Shown here one piece after another: positions 39,439 through 49,207 of a stretch of DNA of 49,207 nt; the stretch's first letter is position 1; the number at the start of each line of letters is the position of its first letter. This stretch comes from Bugula neritina (taxonomy: Eukaryota; Animalia; Bryozoa): NCBI GenBank assembly GCA_964035545.1, contig CAXIUT010000057.1, positions 103,431 to 152,637 on the forward strand, read 5' to 3'. The notes below the pieces were generated by a model. It saw only the letters and a program-made list of their open reading frames with translations, ran no database searches and was not told the DNA's origin. The position numbers and the translations under genes are program-made.

Positions 39439-39506
39439 TGACTAAAAATGTGTTAAATTGGAGATTAAGAAATAACTTGTTATAATTGTTAAAATAAAGC
39501 GCTCAA
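39439..39506 (+). promoter_or_regulatory. Conserved upstream module, copy 1 (TGACTAAAA / TTATAATT / GCGCT)
   Basis: Motifs start at -68, -27 and -8 from ATG 39507; same spacing before the two paralogs. Confidence 0.6.
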
Positions 39507-40922
39507 ATGAGAAAGGGAATCAATCAATCCTTGAACTTTAGAAACTATACATCAGAAGAATCAGAGTAGACTGTTGAATTACCCAAGAAGATGAAATTTC
39601 AGGGAGTTAGTGTGTCCTTTAACTTGAATAGAGATTGCAATCCAAATATGAAAAATCAAAATAAAAGACAAGAAAATAGATTTGAAACTTCCTTAAAACC
39701 TATCTCAGCTCGTCTAAGGTCCAGAAAGTTAAAAAATAATAGATATAAAGACTAACTTTACTAAAATATAAAAAAAAATTGGTTACTTATCAGATAAAAG
39801 AAATTTATTTGTAAAGAATAACCAAGAGAGTTTGAGGTTTTTACTTGTTTACTTTGCTGGAGTGATAGGAAAGAAAAAGAATCTATATGGTAGAGTTAGA
39901 ACCAATACTTGGAACACATGAGGAAACAACATAAAATATAACCTGACTTAAAGTATATTCTTGAATAAAAATACGAAACACCTCCTTGTTCTCACGTTTT
40001 TATCAAAGGAAATCTCACAAATTTATTAAAAAACTATGAAAACTAAGAAAGTAAAAAGGTTTATTATCTTCTTCAAGCTAAAAAATATGATCAGCTCTAT
40101 TTTTGTTCTTTTTACAGTTAGAAATTAGGAAAAATAACTCTTAATCAATAAGATTTGACTCAATATTTTAGTTCTCATCCTAACCAATCTTCAAAAATAT
40201 ATACTATTTCTCACATCGTAAAACAGAATTAATAAACTTTTTGGCTTTAAAAGAACCCTTAATTCGATTTATTGACTGTTCCTGTTGTGTTTAAAAGTTA
40301 ATTTTTTCAAATAAAATAAGTTTTATCAAATTCTCTTGATAAATTTAACTGGAATAAATCTTTAATTTTTGATTCTTTAAATATGCTTGAATTAAAATCT
40401 TGTAACCCAAACCTCAATCCTTAATATAACATCTATTTTTGCCTTCCTTATTGTTCAATCTGTAAAAGTTTTATATCAAATCCTACCCTTACGGATCTTC
40501 ACTTAAAACAATATCATCCTCAAGTTTAAACAAAAATTCTATAAAAATTGACTATAAATAAATAAAATTTACTAAGTTTTGGTCGAAAAAGAAAAGATAA
40601 CATGATAACCAAAAGAAATAACTATGTCCAATAATCTATTGAAAATCTTGATTAAGATGAAGAAAAACTTATCCTTTAAGGACAACTTCAACTTATACAG
40701 TCTAAATATACTAGTCGGAATCAAGCACCCTTTAAAATTTATTGTGGATAATGTCTAAAAATTTTTTATAAAAATAAAATTGTTAACTATATCTTCCATA
40801 TTTTTTACTAACATCCTGAAATACACCCAACTAGCAGTTATCTCCCTTTATTCTTGATGAATTCTAATAAGTAAATTGAAAATTAACAATCAGAAGGAGG
40901 AGAAGATTCAGATCAAGAATGA
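39507..40922 (+). CDS. Atypical C2H2-like zinc-finger protein, copy 1 (471 aa)
   Basis: CLLCW...YLEHMRKQH plus two further CxxC...H...H units; ends SDQE. Confidence 0.8.
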
Positions 40923-41067
40923 TTTACGTTCATTAATATATCTAATAAATCAATATATAATATGATTTATCAAATCTAAATCATTAATAGTAATATTTCT
41001 TGATGATTAGGAAATATTGATATTATTTGAATTGATTAATGATTGATTTATAGAATCTAAATATTAG

Positions 41068-41134
41068 TGACTAAAATATGTTAATCTAGAATTTAGGATT
41101 TAAATTTTTATAATTAGATAAATCAAGCGCTCGA
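41068..41134 (+). promoter_or_regulatory. Conserved upstream module, copy 2
   Basis: Motifs at -67, -27 and -8 from ATG 41135. Confidence 0.6.
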
Positions 41135-42625
41135 ATGATAGGTCAAAGTATATTATCTGAGAAAGAAGAGTTAGAATTGACTCATAAAGTTTATAAAAAG
41201 ATGAAATTTAATGGAGTTAGCGTGTCCTTTAGTTTGTCAGTAAATAATATTCCTGAGATTGAATAGAAAGATATATTTCAAAGAAAACGAACCTAATCTA
41301 GGGCATATGAAACACCTCTATCAACTTGTTCAAGATCTGGAAAACTTAAAAACAGTCATTCAAGCTTGGAAAATAGAAATAATCAATCCTCAATTATCAT
41401 ATGCAAAAGTATTAAATACACTTCAAAGAGTCAAATCAAAAAGAATAAGAAAAAACTCGAATACAAGTTTAATATTAAAAAAATTTGGAATCAGATCAGG
41501 TCTAATAAATTTATTTTTAAAGAATAACCAAGAGAGTTTTAAGTTTTTACCTGCTTTCTTTGTTGGAATGATAAAAGAGAAATAGACTCTATGTGGTAAA
41601 ATCAGAATCACTACTTGGAACATATGAGGAAACAACATAAAATCTAACCTGACTTAAAGTATATTCTCTAACAAAAATACAAAAAGCCTCCTTGCTCTCA
41701 TGTTTTTATCAAAGGTAACTTCACAAATTTATTAAAAAACTATGAAAACTAAGAAAATAAAAAGATTTATTACCTTCTTCAAACTAAAAAATATGATCAG
41801 CTCTATTTTTGTTCTTTTGGCAGTTAGAAATTAGGAAAAATAGCTCTTAATCAAAAAGATTTGATTAATTATTGTTCTTATTTCATAAATTTCTCTTCTT
41901 CTTCTTAAATTTTTTTGAAGACTTCTCATTTATTAAAAAACAAATAATACACTCTTAGGTTATAAAAGAACCCTTAATTCGATTTATTGACTGTTCCTAT
42001 AGTGTTTAGTAGTTAAATTGAGAAAATAAGTAAGAGAATAGAATTTAAATTTGACTATTTTACCTGGAAAAAGATTCTTCGATTCGATAGTTTAAATATG
42101 TTATAAATAGCATCTTGTAATCCAACTTTAGTAAAAGGGTACAAATTTTTTTCTAATATTCCTTATTGTTCGATTTGTAGATAATATTTCTTAAATCGTT
42201 AGATTTTTTGGACACATTTCAAAAGAGAACATTCCTAGTTTAAGAGTTAAAATCGATATACTTTGGAAATTAATCAAAGAAGTTTATATGAATATGGTCG
42301 GATAAGATAAAAATAGAGATAAAATTCCAAACAAATCAAATAAGGATTATCTAAAAATGAATTTTTACAATATATTGATGAAGAATAAAAACTCATTTTT
42401 TAAGCATAGTGTTATTTAATTCATTAAAATCAAAGATGGAAGCCAGGATCTTTTTATTGTTATGAATGCGAGAAAAAGTATTGCAAAATTGAAATATTGA
42501 GTTATATCTCTCATATATTTTATGAACATCATGAAATATCTCCAGCCAACAGTCATTTACCTTTATTCTTGATAAAAAATGAAGAAAAAACTCATGTAAA
42601 CACTTAAGAGTCTGATCAGGAATGA
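41135..42625 (+). CDS. Atypical C2H2-like zinc-finger protein, copy 2 (496 aa)
   Basis: Paralog; CFLCW...YLEHMRKQH; ends SDQE. Confidence 0.8.
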
Positions 42626-42668
42626 TATCTATTTATTTTATAAATTTAGCTTCAAATATTAAAACTCT

Positions 42669-42737
42669 TGACTAAAATAACTACAGATAGTACTTTGACA
42701 TTTAACCAGTTATAATTACAAAAATATAGGCGCTTAA
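42669..42737 (+). promoter_or_regulatory. Conserved upstream module, copy 3
   Basis: Motifs at -69, -28 and -8 from ATG 42738. Confidence 0.6.
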
Positions 42738-44240
42738 ATGTTAGAAGAGTCCAAGTTTCCCATCAAAATTGACTAATAGTAAACATAAGAGGAAATGAAA
42801 GTCTCCCATATTGTCAAAATAGGTGGTGTAAGCATTATTTACCAAATGGATAAACGTTTGAATCCTGAGGTAAATAAGAAGGATCCATGCATAGGAGTTA
42901 AGAATAAGTTGGCAAAGAGTAGAGTTCCTGTAGCTTCTCGTCTAAAATTGGAAAATATAAGAAGCAATACAATCAGTCTGTAGCCTAAGAAAGATATGAA
43001 ATCATCAATGATGAGAGGAAAAAGTTTCAAGCCAAGATAAGTATCAAAAAGTAAAAGGAAAGTATAATTTAAGGAAAAAGATAAAGATTCTAATGAACGT
43101 TCAAGAAAAAACAAACAAAATAGCAAAATATCTCAAAAGAAGAAATTTATTTTTAAAGAATAACCGAGAGAATTTGAGGTTTTTACTTGTTTACTTTGCT
43201 GGAAGAAAAAGAGAGAAATAGACTCTATGTGGTAAAATTAGAATCACTACTTGGAACACATGAGAAAACAACATAAAATCTAACCTGACTTAAAGAAAAT
43301 TCTCGAAAAAAAGTATAAAAAACCTCCTTGCTCTCATGTCTTTATCAAAGGAAATCTCACAAATTTGTTAAAAAACTATGAAAATGAAGAAAATAAGAAG
43401 GTGTATTATCTTCTTCAAGCTAAAAAATATGATCAGCTTTATTTTTGTGGTTGTAGATGGGTAGGAGAAATAACTGCTTCTGTGTAAAAATTCATTAATC
43501 ATATTCACTCTCATAAAGCTTAACTTTCCAACTGTAATTAAAAAAATTCTCACAACATCACATACTACTAATAAGTAATTCGAGTAGAAAAGAATTCTAA
43601 ATTTGATTACAAAATTATACCAATAGTTTTCAATAGACAATTTATAGGATTATCAAAAAAAGTGAGAAATATTATGAATGTTTTTAGCTGGAAAAAAATA
43701 CTAGCCATTGATTTCTTCAATATTTTGTAGATATTGTCATGTAATCCTGGTATATGTGAACTAAATAGAGCTTATGAAAATATTATTCATTGTATAGTAT
43801 GTAAAAACTACCCGAATTATCGAGTTTTAAAAAATCATATCAAGTTATGTTCAAAATAATAGCAAGAAGCAACATAATAATTAGATCTCAGTAGACATAG
43901 TTTACTACAATATGGTTTACATCTATTTTAAAAGAGAAAAAATAGAAAATTTTACTTTAAGTAATCTGCTCTTGCTGATAGTGAAGAAGAAAAGATTATT
44001 CTTGAAGCTCAGTTATATCTTATTGAACAGAAGGCAGGATATCTTTAGAAAATAATTTTCTACTGTGGGTTTTGTTAAACCAAGTTTAATCCATCTTTTT
44101 AACTTGCCTTCCTTTATCATATTCTATTTGAACATCCTCAAATATCTTTGAAGAATAGTCATTCGATAAGATTCTTCCAAAATAGAGAAGATTACTGTTA
44201 AATTGATAGTTAAGAAAGAGAATAATCAGACTAAGAATGA
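42738..44240 (+). CDS. Atypical C2H2-like zinc-finger protein, copy 3 (500 aa)
   Basis: Paralog; CLLCW...YLEHMRKQH; ends SD[TAA]E. Confidence 0.8.
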
Positions 44241-44306
44241 TTTATGTCTCATGTATTGATATCAATATTGATTATAAAAAAGATTTGATATTTTATGCTT
44301 TCAGAA

Positions 44307-44885
<579 letters not shown>

Positions 44886-44990
44886 TTAAATGAAAATCCT
44901 AGTCAGAAAAATGATCAGAAATGATCAGTTGTATTGAAGATTCAACAAAATAGATGATAGATATAAGAAAATTATTTGATTGAGGGATAA

Positions 44991-46486
44991 TCATAAACAG
45001 TATATAGGACTATCTTTGATCTTTCTGAGACTAACTGCAGGTCCAAATAGCTCTTTGATATTTTATATTCCGAATTGAATCATTGTTGGACGTTATAAAC
45101 TGAGACCCCAAGCTATCACTGACACATCTTCAGGAAATCCCATAGGACGAAGCATTTCAGGTCGGAAAATACCAGAATTGCCAATTTAAACTCTCTTTTT
45201 GAGAATTGGATGGGTACCTAGATAAAAGAAACTTTACCATAAACTTCCAGAGAAGGCTACGTGTAAGGATTGTAGGTAGGTTTAAGTTATATATTTTTAA
45301 TTCCTATTTTTTAATAAAATTCTGTAAGAACTCCAATTAGGTGCTGAAGACCTAAGTTTCTATCAATCACAAATCCTTAAACTTGATGAAATTCTGCTAA
45401 ATGAGTGTTATCTAGAGTTTAATTTCTGAACACTCTATCAATAGAGAAGAATTTTCTTGGTCTAAATGGTTTTTCTTAAGCTATTTTCTTAAGATATTGA
45501 GAAGAAACTGCAGTAGTGTGAGTTCTTAATAGATTTTTGAAGGCTTATTTAGGATCCCATTAATAATCATATCCTTTGCTGCCGAATCCTCCTTTTTAAT
45601 GCACTTATTTAACAGCCTAAAAATATTGTTTATCAGGAACGGTTGCTTCTTGAGGATGAGAAACAAAGAAGGTATCATGAGCATCACGGGCAGGATGTGC
45701 TTGAGGCTGGAAGAGAGTATCAAAATTCCAAAAAGAGCTTTATACATATCGATCAGTTTTCATTTATTCGAATCCCATTTCTAGTAAGATTTAGATGAAT
45801 TGTTGTTTAGTTTTCATTAATACATGAAGATTACCGTTTTCAATATCAAATCCTTTAGCAACTGGATTGAATTTTTTGAATTAATGTTTTTACCATTATC
45901 CTTAGGCTATCATAGCACTTGTTAATTCTGGGACAAGTTGTATTTTTTATGAACGATAGCTTTATCCTTTTGTGATGAGGAAGTTTGTTTATACTTTTTC
46001 TTATATCAATTTTCTAGTTTTTATTGATTTTATATCTTCTTTTGATAGTTGTTCTCCTTTACCTTGATGGATCAACAATAGTTTTTTTTTGTCTTAATCT
46101 TCAAAAACATCTTTAGTTTTGAAGATTTTATTGTCTTTAAGCAAAATAATCTTTTTCTTCATGGCATTTCCGAACCCAATCTTGAATTATCCCTTTAGTT
46201 ATTGTTCTATCACCTCTTTGGGTATGCCTTAAACTGTCGATAGTTGATATATTCTTGCTTATGGAGTGCCTCTCTCAGCGTATGACTATCCTTAGGCTGT
46301 CAGAACGAATCTAACTACTTTTTTATTTTAAAGTTTGATGTAGTCTAGAGCTACTAAACTGACAAGTTAGGCATAGAGAGCTTAGTGTGTGAGTGCAAAT
46401 TCTTTTTGGAAAGGAGCCGAATCTAGTATTTCAACATTTGATAGTTTTTTAAGGATGGCATCCTGAACATCAATATCTGCCTGCAT
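44991..46486 (-). CDS. FARSA: Phenylalanine-tRNA ligase alpha subunit (491 aa); one intron
   Basis: [63 protein letters not shown]. Confidence 0.96.
45218..45237 (-). other. 20-nt spliceosomal intron
   Basis: gtaaagtttcttttatctag. Removal gives EVYGTHP and puts EIGNSG in frame. Confidence 0.93.
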
Positions 46487-46564
46487 CTAAAAAATCTATA
46501 TTAATATAATGATCAATTTCTTGTATTTAATATTCTAATTTAAATATCATTACTAACAACAATA

Positions 46565-48310
46565 TCATTTATGTTTAAGAGCGATTTGTATTTGTTAGAA
46601 GACATGGTTAATGCAATGATAGTGTTTTTGTGAATCTGCGATATGATTTTTGACTAGCATGTAATCGCGTTGTCTGGGAGTGCGCCAGTCGTTGATGCCT
46701 GTATTGGCTGTATACCAATATTTTAGTTATGGAATGTAGTCTGATCTGCCACACGACATCTCGAGAGCTGGAAAGTACATGGCGTTATCATAAATGGTCC
46801 AGTAGAAATTACCTTTAGCGTCTTTAAAGGATTAGACTCTTTATAGTAAAAATAGATCTGTTATCATGGTTCTGAGGTGACTATAAGCGTGATATGATTT
46901 TCTATATATACTGTTTCTTTTGACACTTTATGGATATCTCTCGGATAGACCGAGCACAATGGGCTATGTTTTATTTTTGGAGTCGTAGCTGAAATAGTTA
47001 GAATAGACAACATACAGTTTTCTTTATTGATAGATGGCGTTATAGAGTTTAAAGACTTGAATACCAACTAGTTAGTCATCTCCATCGATGATGAATGACA
47101 TCTGGTTGTAATTGCAATATTTATGGATTGCATAGTAGATATTTTATAGTGCAGTTTTATGTTATTTATTTCTCATTAAAATAGCTTTCTCTTATGGAAA
47201 GTTTCTCCATTTCAAATGTTTCGCTATCTTCGATCCTGTTTTATCTGCAGAAGCATCGTCAATGATAATCATTCTGTAGTTCTAGTATTCTTGTTGGAAA
47301 ATAGATTATAAATGCCAGATGTATCTGTTGTCGACTTCATTATTGTAGGTAGGAACAACGATACAGGCATGTAGTTATTTCTTATACTGATTAGTTTTAT
47401 ATTTTTATTAATGATATTTTTTTTATCGTAGATATAGTTTATTAAGATGTGGTATTTATTTGAATTTTTGGCCTACTAGCATTTGATATTAAATGTTATT
47501 TAAAAACTGTTAATAAGTGATTTATTTTTTAGGATTGATTTGCCCTTTTTTCCCTATGTATTATGATTTATATTTTTTAATTATTTTTTAAAGATTGTTG
47601 TTTCTTTACTTTAATGAAGACTAGTAATGATTGGACATTTACTATACTTATTTCGTTGTCAATTTGATAGAATTCCAGTTGATGATTTATCTATGTGTTT
47701 AGTATTTTAATGCATAAAATAAAAAATCTTGATCTTTTCCATTGTTTATCTACATGAAGTTATCAGTTTGAGGTGGTTTTTTATGAGTTGGTAGAGATTT
47801 ATAGGTTTTAAACATTTTTGTCTTTTATTATGGAGATATATCCCAAAGATTAACCCTAGTGTCCATATCATAGTCTATTTTCATCTAAAGCCATGGAATG
47901 ATCTCTTATTTGTTATTGTCTTTATTACTAAATGATTCACTGCTTTAACTATCTGATTATGTTTATGTTTATTAATTAGTATTATTTTTATTATTGCCTA
48001 TTCTACCATTTTTTGTTATCTTATCATGATGATTCATATGATCAATCGAATTGGCTTTGGTCATGTTAGTATTATTAGTTGTTGCATTATTATTCAAGAG
48101 AAGGACGATAATAACCATCATTTGTATGAATATGAGTATGACGATGATGAGTGTGATGTTATTTTTATTACAGTTTTATTTAGTTTTGTATGATTCATCT
48201 TCTTTGTAGATTTTGAGTTTGTTGGAGGTTGATGTTTTATTTAGGATTCCTTCTGAGTCGTTGTTCTACTAGTTTAGTTCTTGTATTTCAACGATATCAC
48301 CTTATTTCAT
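46565..48310 (-). CDS. Type II membrane glycosyltransferase, family 2 (581 aa)
   Basis: N-terminal TM, long stem, CIVVPTYNN, IIIDDAS, IIDGDD, YDNAMYFPALEM. Confidence 0.87.
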
Positions 48311-49126
48311 TTAGATCCTTTTTATATTTTAAATATTTGATATTTATGATAAAATTATTCAATCAAACTATCCCTGTTCTCTTTACAAGTAATATCAAGC
48401 ATTGTTATTTTGAATCATATTTGAACTTAATACATAAGATCTTTGCTCTTTTCGATTTCTTTGGGCTTATTTAGAAATTTGTATCAGTTTTACTTATGTA
48501 TAGTAGATGAAGATGGAGGATAAATAGTATATAGATCAAAAATTGAAGAATATCAGCATTGGAAGCTGTCTTCTTATGTGTTTTGGATAAAATTTTATTC
48601 ATCTGGCTCTGTTCTTTGACTGGGCTTGCGGTCGATCGAACAGGAGTTAAATGAAGGAATAGGAGTTTTTGTTTTGTTAATCTTTCTGAAGATCTTTTTG
48701 ATATCCTAGAGGTATATTTTGCAAGGAAATCCTCTTGTTAGAACTTGTAAGTACTTTTTTCCCATCTACTTGAACCAAACTTTAATATTATAATCTGAAA
48801 CTCTTTTGAATGTTGATAAACTCAAACAAAAAGAACGTTATTTAGTTGTAATGCTCTTAATAATATAAGTTTTGAGTTAGAAAAGAGGTTTTTCTAGATT
48901 TTTATCAGAGGGTTGTTATTATTTGTAGATGAAAGAATAAAACTTATCTCGTTATTTTACTAACTGTCGTAAAAATAAAAGATATAAAAATAAAAATGAA
49001 GAATAAGTTGCTTTAGTTGATGATATATTGAATTATGACTAAAAATGATGATTAGTAATGAATAAAATAAGATGCGTTAAAGAAAATATGTTTTAAATAT
49101 CAATTCATATTTTAAATAAAGGTGTA

Positions 49127-49207
49127 GGGGTTGGGGTTGGGGTTGGGGTTGGGGTTGGGGTTGGGGTTGGGGTTGGGGTTGGGGTTGGGGTTGGGGTTGG
49201 GGTTGGG
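49127..49207 (-). repeat. Right telomere, (TTGGGG)n
   Basis: About 13 G4T2 units at the extreme end, inverted relative to the left telomere. Confidence 0.98.

Noticed and set aside
48346-49050. Possible subtelomeric gene (plus-strand pieces, or a minus-strand frame ending at 48553)
   Set aside because: No single consistent ATG-to-TGA model or recognisable motif. It would need several frameshifts or a non-conforming 23-nt intron. It may be a pseudogene or an error-rich end.

Overview
This is eukaryotic DNA: an AT-rich, very gene-dense ciliate macronuclear molecule capped by (CCCCAA)n at the left end and (TTGGGG)n at the right end, with a third telomere tract at 29457-29510. The supplied ORF track is fragmented because it uses the wrong genetic code. 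TAA and TAG both encode glutamate here, and TGA is the only stop (NCBI table 30, known from peritrich ciliates), not the Tetrahymena/Paramecium Gln code. Read that way, about 35 genes tile the window. They include PheRS-alpha, ARF, a DDX21-like helicase, an SSRP1-like protein, HSC20, an ERGIC/Erv46-family protein, ZIP and SLC37 transporters, ADP-ribosylarginine hydrolase, AOAH, a penicillin-acylase-family enzyme, an ERK7-like MAPK, a STIL_N-like protein, three tandem GT90 genes, three tandem zinc-finger genes and a GT2. The most striking structure is the splicing system: all eight introns I could define are exactly 20 nt (GT..AG), and all have an A six bases from the 3' end. All translations and family calls were made by eye from remembered motifs; no searches were run.
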